This document shows positions 9,643 through 19,924 of a DNA stretch of 64,000 nucleotides, piece by piece. Source of the stretch: Alphaproteobacteria bacterium (GTDB lineage Bacteria; Pseudomonadota; Alphaproteobacteria; Micropepsales; Micropepsaceae); the NCBI GenBank assembly GCA_003158585.1, contig PMKE01000071.1, forward strand, positions 10,003 through 74,002. The letters run 5' to 3'. The notes beneath the pieces are model-generated. The model did not search any database and had not been told where the DNA came from. It was given only the letters and a program-made list of their open reading frames with translations. Made by a program: the position numbers and the translations under genes. Position 1 is the stretch's first letter; every line of letters begins with the position of its first letter.

Positions 9643-10542
9643 TTGGCGCCCATGAGCAAAATCGTCCCGATGAAACCCCGCGAAGATTCGCCCGATTGGC
9701 GGCGCATGGCCCGCGCCATCCGCTATCTGACCGAGCATTATCAGGATCAGCCCAGCCTGGAGGATGCCGCGAGCGCGGCCGGTCTCTCGCCCTTTCATTT
9801 CCAGCGTGTCTTCAGCCGTTATGTCGGCGTCAGCCCCAAGGCCTTCGTGGCGCATCTCACCCTCGGCCATGCCAAGCGCGAGCTGGCGCACGGCGCCAGC
9901 GTGCTCGATGCCGCCCTCGATGCGGGGCTGTCGGGACCGTCGCGGCTGCACGATCTCTGCCTCAAGATCGAAGCCATGACGCCGGGCGACTACGCCAAGG
10001 GCGGGGCGGGCGTCATCATCGATTACGGGTTTGCGGGTTGCCCCTTCGGACTGGCGCTGGTGCTGGCGACGCAGAAGGGCGTCTGCGGCCTCGGCTTCGG
10101 CGAGGAGGGCGAAGAAGAAGCAATGCTGGCGGACATGACATCGCGCTGGCCGCGAGCCGAATTCCACCGCAACGAAGCGCGCGCCGCCAAACTGGTACAG
10201 CGCATCTTCGATCCCGCCAGCAAGGAAATCCTGCCGCTCTATCTGATGGGAACGCCGTTTCAGGTGAAGGTATGGGAAGCGCTGCTGGCCATCCCCAGCG
10301 GCAAATTCTCCACCTATCGCGCCGTCGCCGAGAAAGTGTGCGACGCCAAAGCCGCCCGCGCCGTGGGGGCCGCCGTGGGTCGCAACCCAATCTCCTGGCT
10401 GGTGCCCTGCCATCGCGTACTGGGCTCGAACGGCGCGCTCACCGGCTATCACTGGGGCATCGAGCGCAAGCGCGCCATGCTGGCGGTGGAAGCCGCCCGC
10501 TCGGATCAGTTCGCCAATCCGAGCACATCGGCGATGGCGTAA
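9643..10542 (+). CDS. AraC-type HTH fused to methylated-DNA-[protein]-cysteine S-methyltransferase (Ada/Ogt-like)
   Basis: AraC HTH ([23 protein letters not shown]) and the MGMT active site [17 protein letters not shown]. Confidence 0.85.
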   Translation: MAPMSKIVPMKPREDSPDWRRMARAIRYLTEHYQDQPSLEDAASAAGLSPFHFQRVFSRYVGVSPKAFVAHLTLGHAKRELAHGASVLDAALDAGLSGPSRLHDLCLKIEAMTPGDYAKGGAGVIIDYGFAGCPFGLALVLATQKGVCGLGFGEEGEEEAMLADMTSRWPRAEFHRNEARAAKLVQRIFDPASKEILPLYLMGTPFQVKVWEALLAIPSGKFSTYRAVAEKVCDAKAARAVGAAVGRNPISWLVPCHRVLGSNGALTGYHWGIERKRAMLAVEAARSDQFANPSTSAMA

Positions 10543-11315
10543 AGCCCGGGCTTCTTGCCCTGTCCCCACAACGCGGCGGCGATGGCGCCGCGGGCGAAGA
10601 TCGAACGGTCTTCCGCCGTATGGGACAGCACCACGCGCTCGCCGGGACCGGCGAAAATCACCTGATGCTCGCCCACCACCGTGCCGCCTCTGAGGCTGGC
10701 GAAGCCGATGGCGCCCGCCGGCCGCGGCCCCGTCCGGCCGTCACGGCCTCTGACGCTATGTTCGCCGAGCGAAATCTCTCGCCCCGCCGCCGCGGCTTCC
10801 CCGAGCAACAGCGCCGTGCCGGACGGCGCATCGACCTTCCTGTTGTGATGCATCTCGACGATTTCGATGTCGAAGCCGGGCAAGGCCTTGGCCGCCTGTT
10901 TCACCAGCGCGGAGAGAACCGCAACACCCAGACTCATATTGCCGGATTTGAAGATCACGGCGCCTCCCGCCGCGGCGCGGATTTTCGCTTCGTCGTCGTC
11001 GGAGAATCCCGTGGTGCCGATCACGTCCACGATCCCCGCCTTGGCGGCCAGTTCCGCCAGCGCCACGGACACTTTCGGCGTGGTGAAATCGAGGATCGCC
11101 TGCGCCCCGGCGATCAGCGGCGCCGGATCGTCCTCAATCGTGATGCCGAGCGGCTTGAGACCCGCCAACACGCCGGCATCCTGTCCGAGATCGGGATGCC
11201 TCTTGGATTCCAGCGCCCCGGCGAGGGCGCAGCCGGGGGTTTCCGAGATGGCGCGCACCAGGGCGCGGCCCATGCGTCCGGCCGCTCCGGCGACCACGAA
11301 TTGAACGTCGCTCAT
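10506..11315 (-). CDS. dapB: 4-hydroxy-tetrahydrodipicolinate reductase
   Basis: [13 protein letters not shown] and [16 protein letters not shown] motifs. Confidence 0.9.
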   Translation of the reverse strand: MSDVQFVVAGAAGRMGRALVRAISETPGCALAGALESKRHPDLGQDAGVLAGLKPLGITIEDDPAPLIAGAQAILDFTTPKVSVALAELAAKAGIVDVIGTTGFSDDDEAKIRAAAGGAVIFKSGNMSLGVAVLSALVKQAAKALPGFDIEIVEMHHNRKVDAPSGTALLLGEAAAAGREISLGEHSVRGRDGRTGPRPAGAIGFASLRGGTVVGEHQVIFAGPGERVVLSHTAEDRSIFARGAIAAALWGQGKKPGLYAIADVLGLAN

Positions 11316-11347
11316 GAGACCATCCTAAAATGATTCAGAAAGAAGCT

Positions 11348-11890
11348 CTACGCTTTCTCGTCCGTTCCGCCGGCTTCCTTCTTCGCCACGGTGACCATGG
11401 CGGGGCGCAACAGGCGCCCGCCGATGGTGAAGCCGGTCTGGATCACGTCCACGATGGTGCCCGGCGGCACGCCGTCTCCCGGAACCTCGGCGATGGCCTG
11501 GTGCAGGTTGGGATCGAATTTGACGCCCGCGGTCGCGATCGGCTTGACGCCGTAGTTCTCCAGTGTGGCGAGCAGCTGGCGCTCGGTGACTTCGACACCG
11601 TCGATCACCGCCTTCACCTGGGGATCGGCCGCCTCTCGCAAATCCGCAGGACAGGCGGAGAGCGCCCGGCCGAAATTGTCGGCGATAGCGAGCATGTCGC
11701 GGGCGAAGCGCGTCACGGCATATTGCGAGGCGTCGAGCCGGTCGCGCTCGGCCCGGCGGCGCGTGTTCTCCGTCTCCGCCAGGGCGCGCAGCAGCTTGTC
11801 CTTCAGCTCGGCCGCTTCGGCGCGCAGCGCTTCGAGGCTTTCCGCTTCGTTTTCTACGGGCTCGTTCTCGATTTCGTTTTCGTCCGACAT
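11348..11890 (-). CDS. grpE: Nucleotide exchange factor GrpE
   Basis: [18 protein letters not shown] and C-terminal [21 protein letters not shown]. Confidence 0.9.
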   Translation of the reverse strand: MSDENEIENEPVENEAESLEALRAEAAELKDKLLRALAETENTRRRAERDRLDASQYAVTRFARDMLAIADNFGRALSACPADLREAADPQVKAVIDGVEVTERQLLATLENYGVKPIATAGVKFDPNLHQAIAEVPGDGVPPGTIVDVIQTGFTIGGRLLRPAMVTVAKKEAGGTDEKA

Positions 11891-11897
11891 CTATGTC

Positions 11898-12944
11898 CTA
11901 TCCGATCAGGCGCCCGATCACCCTAGCCGTGTGGTCGACCATCGGGATGATGCGCGCGTAATTCAACCGTGTCGGCCCAAGCACGCCGATCACGCCCACC
12001 ACCTTGCCCTTGGTGTTGGCGTAGGGCGCGGCGATGATCGACGAGCCGGAGAGGCTGAACAGTCGGTTCTCCGAGCCGATGAAGATGCGCACGCCGTCGC
12101 CCTCCTTGGCAAGTTCGAGCAGACGGATCAGATCGTTCTTGCGCTCGATGTCGTCGAACAGCGTGCGGATGCGGTCGAGGTCCGATTGCGCCTCCAGCGA
12201 TTCGAGAAGGTGCGAGGCACCGCGCACGATCAGCACCCTCTCTTCGCTTTCGGCGGGACCGGCCAGCGTGGCAAGGCCCTCCGCCACGATCTTGGCGGTG
12301 AGCGCATCGAGTTCGGCACGTTCTCCTTCGAGCTCGGCAAGGATGCCGCTGCGCGCGGCGTCCAGGGTGCGTCCCGCCAGCCGAGCGTTGAGATAATTGG
12401 AGGCTTCCACCAGGGCCGAGGCGGGCAGGCCCACCGGCGTGTCGATCAGGCGGTTCTCCACCTGTCCGTCTTCGGTGACCATGACGACCAGCGCCTTGCC
12501 CGGTCCGATGCCGACAAATTCGACATGCTTGAGTACGCTGTCCTGCTTGGCGGAGACCACCAGCCCGGCGCAGCGCGACAGGCCAGACAGCATCGTCGTC
12601 GCCTGGGTGAGCAGCTCTTCCACGCCGTGGCCGGTCTCGGTAAGGCGCGCCTCGATGGCGGAAAGCTCGGGCGGCGCCGGCTCGCCCACCTGCAACAGGC
12701 CGTCGACGAAGAGCCGCAAGCCTCGTTCGGTCGGCACCCGTCCGGCGCTGGTGTGGGGGGCATAGAGCAGTCCCATCGCTTCCAGGTCGGCCATCACATT
12801 GCGGATCGAGGCGGGCGACAGCGCGATGGGCAGGATCTGCGACAAGGTGCGCGAGCCCACCGGCTCACCCGAGGCCAGGAACGCCTCCACCAGGCGGCGG
12901 AAGACCTCGCGCTGCCGGTCTGCCAGGTAGGTTTCGCCGGTCAT
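11898..12944 (-). CDS. hrcA: Heat-inducible transcription repressor HrcA
   Basis: [25 protein letters not shown]-terminal winged helix. Lies 7 bp upstream of grpE. The start is among ATGs 12944/12956/12992. Confidence 0.88.
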   Translation of the reverse strand: MTGETYLADRQREVFRRLVEAFLASGEPVGSRTLSQILPIALSPASIRNVMADLEAMGLLYAPHTSAGRVPTERGLRLFVDGLLQVGEPAPPELSAIEARLTETGHGVEELLTQATTMLSGLSRCAGLVVSAKQDSVLKHVEFVGIGPGKALVVMVTEDGQVENRLIDTPVGLPASALVEASNYLNARLAGRTLDAARSGILAELEGERAELDALTAKIVAEGLATLAGPAESEERVLIVRGASHLLESLEAQSDLDRIRTLFDDIERKNDLIRLLELAKEGDGVRIFIGSENRLFSLSGSSIIAAPYANTKGKVVGVIGVLGPTRLNYARIIPMVDHTARVIGRLIG

Positions 12945-13067
12945 CCCGGGACCCATATTCAAGTCCTTGATCCTGCTACAGGAATTATGCAACTCGCAGG
13001 CCGGTTTGCATGCCGCCCGCCGGAGCCGCTAGGTAACGGCCCGCGTCTCAAACTTCAAGGTGTCTCC

Positions 13068-13775
13068 ATGCGCAGCCGCGCCCCCGATCAGCTTCGCAGT
13101 GTCAGCCTCACGGCGGGTTTTGCCAAGCATGCGGAAGGCTCCTGCCTCGTCAAATTCGGCGACACCCATGTGCTGGTGACCGCCAGCCTGGAGGAGACGG
13201 CGCCCAGCTTCCTGCGCGGCTCGGGCAAAGGCTGGGTGACGGCGGAATACGGCATGCTGCCGCGCGCCACGCTGGAGCGCACGCGCCGCGAGGCCGCCGT
13301 GGGCAAGCAGTCCGGCCGTACCCAGGAAATCCAGCGCCTGATCGGACGCTCGCTGCGCGCCGTGATGGACCTGACCGCCATCGGCGAGCGGCAAATCGTG
13401 ATCGATTGCGACGTGCTCCAGGCCGACGGCGGCACGCGCACGGCCTCCGTCACGGGGGGCTTCGTGGCGCTCGCCCAGTGCATCGCCTTTATGAAGAAGA
13501 CCGGCATGGTGACGAAGCCCGCCATCAAGGATCACGTGGCGGCGGTTTCCTGCGGCATCGTCGGCGGGGCGCCGGTGCTCGATCTCGACTACGCCGAGGA
13601 TTCCACCGCGCAGACGGATGCGAATTTTGTTCTCACGGGAGCCGGCGGATTGGTTGAAATACAAGGCACGGCGGAAGGCGCCCCCTTCAGCGACGAAGAG
13701 CTTGCCAAAATGCTGTCGCTGGCGCGCAAAGGCATCGGCGAACTCGTGATCCTGCAGAAAGCGGCACTTGCATGA
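13068..13775 (+). CDS. rph: Ribonuclease PH
   Basis: [48 protein letters not shown] and [12 protein letters not shown]. Confidence 0.92.
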   Translation: MRSRAPDQLRSVSLTAGFAKHAEGSCLVKFGDTHVLVTASLEETAPSFLRGSGKGWVTAEYGMLPRATLERTRREAAVGKQSGRTQEIQRLIGRSLRAVMDLTAIGERQIVIDCDVLQADGGTRTASVTGGFVALAQCIAFMKKTGMVTKPAIKDHVAAVSCGIVGGAPVLDLDYAEDSTAQTDANFVLTGAGGLVEIQGTAEGAPFSDEELAKMLSLARKGIGELVILQKAALA

Positions 13776-14374
13776 AGCTGGAGCGCGGCTCAACTCTCGT
13801 CGTCGCCAGCCACAATCAAGGCAAGGTGCGCGAGATCGCGGCGCTGCTCGAACCGCATGGGCTCGAAGTGCGCGGCGCGGCCGAGCTTGGCCTCGAAGAA
13901 CCCGAAGAGACCGGAACCACATTTGCCGAGAATGCAATCCTCAAGGCGCGCGCCGCGGCGGCGGCAGGCGGGCTTGCGGCATTGGCGGACGATTCCGGCC
14001 TCAGCGTCGAAGCGCTCGGCGGGGCGCCGGGCATTTTTTCCGCCCGCTGGGCGGGCCCGAAGAAGAACTTTGCTCTGGCGATGGCGCGCGTCGAACGCGA
14101 GTTGAAGGCGCTGGGTGCGGCCGACCGGAAAGCGAAGTTCGTCTGTGCCCTGGCGCTGGCGCTGCCCACCGGTGAAACGGAGCTTTTTGAAGGCGAGGTG
14201 CACGGCCATCTGACCTTCCCGCCGCGCGGCAGGAACGGCTTCGGCTACGATCCCATCTTCGTCGCCGAGGGCATGGAGCAAACCTTCGGCGAGATCGATC
14301 CGGCACTGAAGCACACCATCAGCCATCGGGCCCGCGCTTTCGAGAAATTCGCCGCGAGCGCGCTCTCGCCATGA
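13772..14374 (+). CDS. rdgB: Non-canonical purine NTP pyrophosphatase (RdgB/HAM1)
   Basis: [19 protein letters not shown] and GFGYDPIF...SHRARA. Confidence 0.9.
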   Translation: MKLERGSTLVVASHNQGKVREIAALLEPHGLEVRGAAELGLEEPEETGTTFAENAILKARAAAAAGGLAALADDSGLSVEALGGAPGIFSARWAGPKKNFALAMARVERELKALGAADRKAKFVCALALALPTGETELFEGEVHGHLTFPPRGRNGFGYDPIFVAEGMEQTFGEIDPALKHTISHRARAFEKFAASALSP

Positions 14375-15507
14375 GCGGGCTTTACGTGCATTGGCCTTTT
14401 TGCGCAGCCAAGTGCCCTTATTGCGATTTCAACTCCCATGTCCGCAGCGAAGTCGACGAGAAGGGCTGGTTGGAAGCGATCCTGCGGGAGCTTTCGCATG
14501 TCGCCGTGCTGCAAGGCGCGCAGCGTCCGGTGCTCGAAACCGTCTTCTTCGGAGGTGGCACACCGTCCTTGATGAGCGGAACGTCGGTCGGTCGCATCCT
14601 AAATGCGGCAACCAAGCTGTGGCCTTGTGCCGACAATCTCGAAATCACATTGGAGGCCAATCCGGCGAGCGCGGATGCTGCGCGCTTTGCCGATTATGCC
14701 GCCGCGGGCGTCAACCGCCTGTCGCTCGGCGTGCAGGCGCTCAACGATGCCGACCTGAAATTCCTCGGCCGCCTGCACAATCTCGCCGAAGCCAAGGCGG
14801 CGCTGGGGATGGCGATGAAGAATTTCGGGCGCGTCTCGCTCGATCTCATCTATGCGCGCCCGGGGCAGAGCGTCGAAGCATGGCGGAGCGAACTCACGGA
14901 AGCACTTACATTCGGCACGGAGCATCTCTCGCTTTATCAGCTCACCATCGAGCCGCAGACGCCTTTCGCCGCGCTGCACCGCCAGGGCGCGATCCGCGTG
15001 CCCGACGACGACCTCGCCGCAGCACTATTCGAGGCGACGCAGGAAGTGACGGAGGCCGCCGGTCTTCCCGCCTACGAAGTCTCCAACCACGCGCGGCCGG
15101 GCTGCGAAGCGCGGCATAATCTCGTCTATTGGCGCTATGGCGATTATGCGGGCGTCGGGCCCGGTGCGCATGGCAGGCTTCGGATCGGCGGGCGGCGCAT
15201 GGCGACGGTCTGCGAAAAACTCCCCGAGCGCTGGCGCGAGAAAGTGCTTCGCGACGGCCACGGTTTTTCCGAGATGAACGAAATCGCTCCCGCCGATGCC
15301 GCGCGCGAGCATCTGCTGATGAATATGCGCCTTCGCGAAGGCCTCGATCTTAACGCTTATCGCGCGCGCTGGGGTAGAGCGCCCGATCCAACGCGCATCG
15401 CGGAGCTTGTCGCGCAGGGTCTTCTCAAAAACGAATCCGGACGTCTTTGCGCCACGCCACGCGGCATGCTGGTGCTCAACAGTGTGATTGCCGAATTGGC
15501 GGACTGA
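14371..15507 (+). CDS. hemW: Radical SAM heme chaperone HemW (HemN-like)
   Basis: [19 protein letters not shown] radical SAM CxxxCxxC motif and FFGGGTPS. Confidence 0.85.
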   Translation: MSGLYVHWPFCAAKCPYCDFNSHVRSEVDEKGWLEAILRELSHVAVLQGAQRPVLETVFFGGGTPSLMSGTSVGRILNAATKLWPCADNLEITLEANPASADAARFADYAAAGVNRLSLGVQALNDADLKFLGRLHNLAEAKAALGMAMKNFGRVSLDLIYARPGQSVEAWRSELTEALTFGTEHLSLYQLTIEPQTPFAALHRQGAIRVPDDDLAAALFEATQEVTEAAGLPAYEVSNHARPGCEARHNLVYWRYGDYAGVGPGAHGRLRIGGRRMATVCEKLPERWREKVLRDGHGFSEMNEIAPADAAREHLLMNMRLREGLDLNAYRARWGRAPDPTRIAELVAQGLLKNESGRLCATPRGMLVLNSVIAELAD

Positions 15508-15509
15508 AC

Positions 15510-16739
15510 CTACGACCCGCTCGCCTGGAAGGTGGTCGGTGCGGGGCTGGCCACTACGAAGCCGTTCGGATCGACCGACAGCACCGCCAGTCCGCGCTCG
15601 ATCGAGCCGTCGGGGCGGAAGCGGAAGATGCCGTCCACGCCGGAAAATCCGTTGGCATCGGTCAGCGCGCGCAAGGTGTAACGGCGATAGGGCGCCCCGT
15701 TCGCCAAGAGCGCCACCAGCGCCACGGCGTCGTAGGAAAGCGCGGCCAGTTGCGGCGGCTCGGCACCGAAGGTCTGGCGGTATTTGGCGATGAAGGCATT
15801 GTTGGCGGAGGGCTGCGGCGCCGCGAACCAGGCACCGGCCAGCAATACCTCCCTGGCGTTCGACGGCTCGTTCCACAGTCCGGTGCCGAGCAGCTTCACC
15901 TTGGTGGTGTCGATTTTGCTGTAGGTGAAGGTCTGCATCACGCCGCGCAGCAGCGAGCCGCCCTGGGGCAACAGGATGGCGTCGCAGCCGGCCTTGCCGA
16001 TGGCTGCGGCCGGATCGGTCAAGGCCCCGGCGCTCGGATTGAAATGTTCCACGTCGCACACGGCGGCCTTGTTCTGTGCCACGGCGTCGCGGAAGGCCTG
16101 TTCCACCACCTCGCCATAGGGCGTCTGGGGAATCATGGCACCGAACTTCATGTGACCTTGGCTCGCGGCATAGGCGACGACGCGCGAGACTTCGCTCTGG
16201 GGCTGGAAGCTGAGGAGATAAATTCCATTGCCCCCCACGCTGCGGTCGGTGGAGAAGGCGAGCACCGGCACGCCGCGGTCCCTGGCAAGCGGCGACACCG
16301 CGGCCACGGAGGCGGAGAAGAGCGGCCCGATAATGACCTCGGCACCCTGGTCGAGCAGCTTCTGGGCGGCAGCGGCCGCATCGCCTGCGGCGCCGGTATC
16401 CTCGGCTGTCATCAGGACGATGTTTGTGTTGCCGGAATCGTAGAGCGCCAGCTCGGCCGCATTCATCATCGCCTTGGCCAAGGCGCGGACATTGGCGGCG
16501 CCGTTGCCGAAAGGCAGGATAACGCCGACCCGCACCGACACCTTCTCGGGGGCGGCGTTGGGAAGCCTGAAGTACTGCGGCTGCTCGGAAAAGACCTGGT
16601 GCGGCGCCGGGGGCACCTCGGGCGCGGGCGGCGGCGGAGGCGGCGGTGGCGTCGTGCAGGCGGCAAGGGTGCCTATCGAAAGGCACGCGGCGATGGCACA
16701 AAGGCGGCGGAAGGATTCGGGCAATGACGCGACACGCAT
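15510..16739 (-). CDS. LpoA/LppC-like periplasmic-binding-fold lipoprotein (penicillin-binding protein activator-like)
   Basis: Lipobox TLAAC plus a poly-Pro tract, then a type I periplasmic binding protein fold. Divergent from rsmI and followed by yraN, as in the E. coli lpoA-yraN / rsmI locus. Confidence 0.6.
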   Translation of the reverse strand: MRVASLPESFRRLCAIAACLSIGTLAACTTPPPPPPPPAPEVPPAPHQVFSEQPQYFRLPNAAPEKVSVRVGVILPFGNGAANVRALAKAMMNAAELALYDSGNTNIVLMTAEDTGAAGDAAAAAQKLLDQGAEVIIGPLFSASVAAVSPLARDRGVPVLAFSTDRSVGGNGIYLLSFQPQSEVSRVVAYAASQGHMKFGAMIPQTPYGEVVEQAFRDAVAQNKAAVCDVEHFNPSAGALTDPAAAIGKAGCDAILLPQGGSLLRGVMQTFTYSKIDTTKVKLLGTGLWNEPSNAREVLLAGAWFAAPQPSANNAFIAKYRQTFGAEPPQLAALSYDAVALVALLANGAPYRRYTLRALTDANGFSGVDGIFRFRPDGSIERGLAVLSVDPNGFVVASPAPTTFQASGS

Positions 16740-17638
16740 GGCAGGCTCCTCTGCACGGTGAGCCTAAGCATTATGAGGCCCGGCGACAATCGGAAGAACT
16801 GGCGCCCGGTCTTTATGTCGTGGCGACCCCCATCGGCAATGCCCGCGATGTCACTTTGCGGGCGCTCGACGTGCTGGAAAGCGCCGATCTGATTGCCGCC
16901 GAGGACACCCGGGTCACGGCCAAGCTGCTGGCCATTTTCTCGATTTCCAAGCCGCTTACGGCCTACAACGACCACAACGCACCGCGCGAAAGGCCGCGCC
17001 TCTTGAGAAAGCTGAAAGAAGGCGGGCGCGTGGCGCTGGTCAGCGACGCAGGCACGCCTCTCGTCTCCGACCCGGGCTACAAGCTGGTGCGCGAAGCACT
17101 CGCAGATGGCGTTGCGGTGCACGCGGTGCCGGGAGCCTCCGCCCCGCTCGCAGCGCTCGCGTCGGCCGGGCTGCCGACCGACCGCTTCCTGTTTGCGGGC
17201 TTTCTGCCGTCCAGAAAAGCGGAGCGGCTGACGGCGCTGGATGGTCTCAAGACCTTGCGCGCCACGCTGGTCTTCTTCGAGGCGCCGCAACGCCTCGCCG
17301 ACAGTCTTGCCGATTTGGCGCAGGTGCTCGGCCCGCGTCCCGCCGCGGTGACGCGCGAACTCACCAAGCTGCACGAAGAGGTGCGCCGCGGCGATCTCGC
17401 GGAACTTGCGGCGCATTATGCTACGGCCGGTCAGCCCAAGGGCGAGATCACGCTGCTGGTCGGTCCGCCCGAAGAGATCGCGGCGGATTTTACGCGCGTC
17501 GATGCCGCGCTCGAAAAGGCGCTGGCTTACATGCCGGTACGCGCCGCCGTCGATCTCGTCTCGGAGATGTGCGAGGCGCCGCGCCGCGAGGTCTACACGC
17601 GCGCCCTCAAGAGAAAAGGCGATGACCAAGACCCGTAA
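16724..17638 (+). CDS. rsmI: 16S rRNA (cytidine1402-2'-O)-methyltransferase
   Basis: GLYVVATPIGNARDVTLRALDVL, AEDTR and DAGTPLVSDPG. The start is uncertain: ATG 16724 overlaps the divergent lpoA-like start. Confidence 0.85.
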   Translation: MTRHAWQAPLHGEPKHYEARRQSEELAPGLYVVATPIGNARDVTLRALDVLESADLIAAEDTRVTAKLLAIFSISKPLTAYNDHNAPRERPRLLRKLKEGGRVALVSDAGTPLVSDPGYKLVREALADGVAVHAVPGASAPLAALASAGLPTDRFLFAGFLPSRKAERLTALDGLKTLRATLVFFEAPQRLADSLADLAQVLGPRPAAVTRELTKLHEEVRRGDLAELAAHYATAGQPKGEITLLVGPPEEIAADFTRVDAALEKALAYMPVRAAVDLVSEMCEAPRREVYTRALKRKGDDQDP

Positions 17639-17981
17639 GGAAGCCGAGAAGCGCGGCCGGCGCGGCGAAGCGCTGGCTGAGCTTCTCCTGCGCTGCAAGG
17701 GCTATCGCATCCTCGGCCGGCGCGTGAAAACGCGCCTCGGCGAGATCGATTTGATCGCCAAGAGCCTCGCGGGCGTCGTCTGCTTCGTGGAGGTGAAGAC
17801 CCGGCCCGATACGGGTGCCGCCGCCGAGGCCATCGGCCCGCGCCAGCGGCTGCGCATCGCCCGCGCCGCCGAACTGTATCTCAAGGGCAGGCCCAGTCCG
17901 GCGCGTTTCGACGTGGTTACCGTCGTTCCCGGCCGATTCCCGCGCCATTGGCGCGACGCCTGGCGCCCGGACGATATCTAG
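17622..17981 (+). CDS. yraN: YraN-family (UPF0102) endonuclease-like protein
   Basis: [35 protein letters not shown]...VCFVEVKTR. Confidence 0.8.
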   Translation: MTKTRKEAEKRGRRGEALAELLLRCKGYRILGRRVKTRLGEIDLIAKSLAGVVCFVEVKTRPDTGAAAEAIGPRQRLRIARAAELYLKGRPSPARFDVVTVVPGRFPRHWRDAWRPDDI

Positions 17982-18031
17982 GGGTTGTGAAAGGGACGGG
18001 GAATGACGATCTATTGCGCCAGGAGACTTTC

Positions 18032-18976
18032 ATGACCCTGACCGTCGCCATCCAGATGGACCCCATCGACCGTGTCGCCATCGATGCGGATTCGACCTTC
18101 GCCTTGGCGCTCGAAGCCCAGCGGCGCGGGTTTTCGCTGCTTTATTACGGCCCGCGGGACCTCACCTTCCGCGATGGCAAGGTCACGGCCCGGGCGCGTC
18201 CGCTTTCGGTACGCGCGGTCAAAGGCGATCATTTCACTCTGGGCGAAGCCTCCGTGGTCGATTTGGCGAAGACCGACGTGGTGCTGATGCGCCAGGACCC
18301 GCCCTTCGACATGGGCTACATCACGACGACGCATCTCTTGGAGCGTCTCCAGCCGGGCACTCTCGTAGTCAACAATCCTGCGGAAGTGCGCAACGCTCCC
18401 GAGAAACTGTTCGTCACCCAATTCAAGGAACTGATGCCGCCGACCCTCATCAGCTCCGACGTGACGGAAATCCGCTCCTTCCGCGCCGAGCATGGCGACA
18501 TCATCTTGAAGCCGCTCTACAGCAACGGCGGGGCGGGCGTCGTGCGCCTAAGGCCGGACGACGAGAATCTCGGCGCCTTGCTCGAGATGTTCGCGACGTT
18601 CTATCGCGAGCCGGTCATGGTGCAGCGCTATCTCCCCGAAGTGCGCCAGGGCGACAAGCGCATCATTCTTATCGACGGCGAATATGCAGGCATGATCAAT
18701 CGCATTCCCGCCGCGGGCGAGGCGCGTTCCAACATGCATGTCGGCGGCAAGCCGGTGCCGGCAACGCCGTCCGCGCGCGATCTGGAGATTTGCAGGACTA
18801 TCGGGCCGGAGCTGAAAAGGCGCGGCCTCATCTTCACGGGCATCGACGTGATCGGGGACTGGCTCACCGAGATCAACGTCACCTCGCCGACCGGCATCCA
18901 GGAAGTGAAGCGCTTCGGCGGCCCCGACGGCGCCGCCCTGATCTGGGACGCTATCGAGCGGCGCCTGAAGGCGTAA
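18032..18976 (+). CDS. gshB: Glutathione synthetase
   Basis: [29 protein letters not shown], the ATP-grasp region, and [10 protein letters not shown]. Confidence 0.9.
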   Translation: MTLTVAIQMDPIDRVAIDADSTFALALEAQRRGFSLLYYGPRDLTFRDGKVTARARPLSVRAVKGDHFTLGEASVVDLAKTDVVLMRQDPPFDMGYITTTHLLERLQPGTLVVNNPAEVRNAPEKLFVTQFKELMPPTLISSDVTEIRSFRAEHGDIILKPLYSNGGAGVVRLRPDDENLGALLEMFATFYREPVMVQRYLPEVRQGDKRIILIDGEYAGMINRIPAAGEARSNMHVGGKPVPATPSARDLEICRTIGPELKRRGLIFTGIDVIGDWLTEINVTSPTGIQEVKRFGGPDGAALIWDAIERRLKA

Positions 18977-19003
18977 TCCGCCGCATCTTGTCGCAGGGAA
19001 GGC

Positions 19004-19846
19004 TTAGGACCGCATCTCGAAGCGGCTGCGGTAGCGCGCGTCGATCAATGACACCGGAAAATAAATGAACACGTCGGTCGTGCCGAATTGCCGGTCGATC
19101 ACCGCGCCGTCGCCGATGCCCGCGCCCGCCCGGACGTATCCCTTGAGCAGCGGCGGCAGGGTGCGCAGCGCTTCCTTCGGGTCGATCGCCTCTTTCGGCA
19201 TCAGATTCATATCGACGTATAGCGAGGGGACCGCGCGCACGCGGATTTCCGGCGGCGCGCGATGGAAGTGGTAGAGATAGGAAAGCGGCAACGCCAGCGC
19301 CTTGGGATCGGTGCCGGAGAACGAGGCGCAACCGAACATCACATCGATCGAGAAGCGCGTGATGTAGACCATCACGCCGCGCCACAAGAGCTGCATGGTG
19401 GCGGGCCGCGAGCGGTATTCCTTCAGCACGCAGGAACGGCCGAGTTCCAGAAGACGCGTGCCGGCGGGCATTCCCGTCAGCATCGGCGTGATGTCGTATT
19501 CGCTGGCGGTGTAGAAGCCGCCGGCGCGCGCCGCATCCGCGTCGCGCATCAGCCGGTAGGTGCCCACCACGACCGGCTGTCCGTCGTCGTCGAGACGCTC
19601 GCGGTCGATTACCAGCAGATGGTCGCAAACTTCGTCGAATTGATCGAAGTCGCGCCCCGCCTCGCGCATGGCGGGCGAGGGAATGGCCGACATCTCTTCG
19701 TAGAAGACGCGATAGCGCAGGCGCTGCGCCAGCTCGATTTCCGCATCGGTCTCGGCCAGTCGCACTTCGAGCGCGCCGGAGGCCGCCAGAACGGGCCAAT
19801 GCGCGATGCGGCCCTCGAGAGGGCCAGGTTCGTAGATGTTGACCAT
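19004..19846 (-). CDS. GNAT-fold N-acyltransferase, ornithine-lipid OlsB-like
   Basis: LRYRVFYEEM...DFDQFDEVCDHLLVID...GTYRLM pattern, as in the OlsB/hemolysin-like acyltransferase family. Confidence 0.65.
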   Translation of the reverse strand: MVNIYEPGPLEGRIAHWPVLAASGALEVRLAETDAEIELAQRLRYRVFYEEMSAIPSPAMREAGRDFDQFDEVCDHLLVIDRERLDDDGQPVVVGTYRLMRDADAARAGGFYTASEYDITPMLTGMPAGTRLLELGRSCVLKEYRSRPATMQLLWRGVMVYITRFSIDVMFGCASFSGTDPKALALPLSYLYHFHRAPPEIRVRAVPSLYVDMNLMPKEAIDPKEALRTLPPLLKGYVRAGAGIGDGAVIDRQFGTTDVFIYFPVSLIDARYRSRFEMRS

Positions 19847-19924
19847 ATTACGCTTCCGCTTCTCTTTGGCTCTGGCAGATTGCGAAAAATGGACTCTAGC
19901 CCAGCGCAGGGTTCAAAACAAACG

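Noticed and set aside
9501-11333. A 610-aa plus-strand ORF across the ada-like and dapB region
   Set aside because: Overlaps two well-supported genes in other frames or on the other strand, with a low-complexity Arg/Gly/Ala translation.
12945-13067. CIRCE operator or sigma-32 promoter upstream of hrcA
   Set aside because: No TTAGCACTC-N9-GAGTGCTAA-like inverted repeat is present. A CTTGAA box exists, but the spacing to any CCTA-like -10 is too long (about 22 nt).
11565-13775. A 736-aa ORF covering grpE/hrcA antisense and rph
   Set aside because: Only the last 235 codons (from ATG 13068) are RNase PH. The upstream part is antisense to hrcA/grpE and lacks protein-like features.
15025-16727. 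558-aa and 426-aa ORFs overlapping the LpoA-like gene
   Set aside because: Off-frame and antisense reads. The 15510-16739 frame has a lipobox and a periplasmic-binding-protein pattern.
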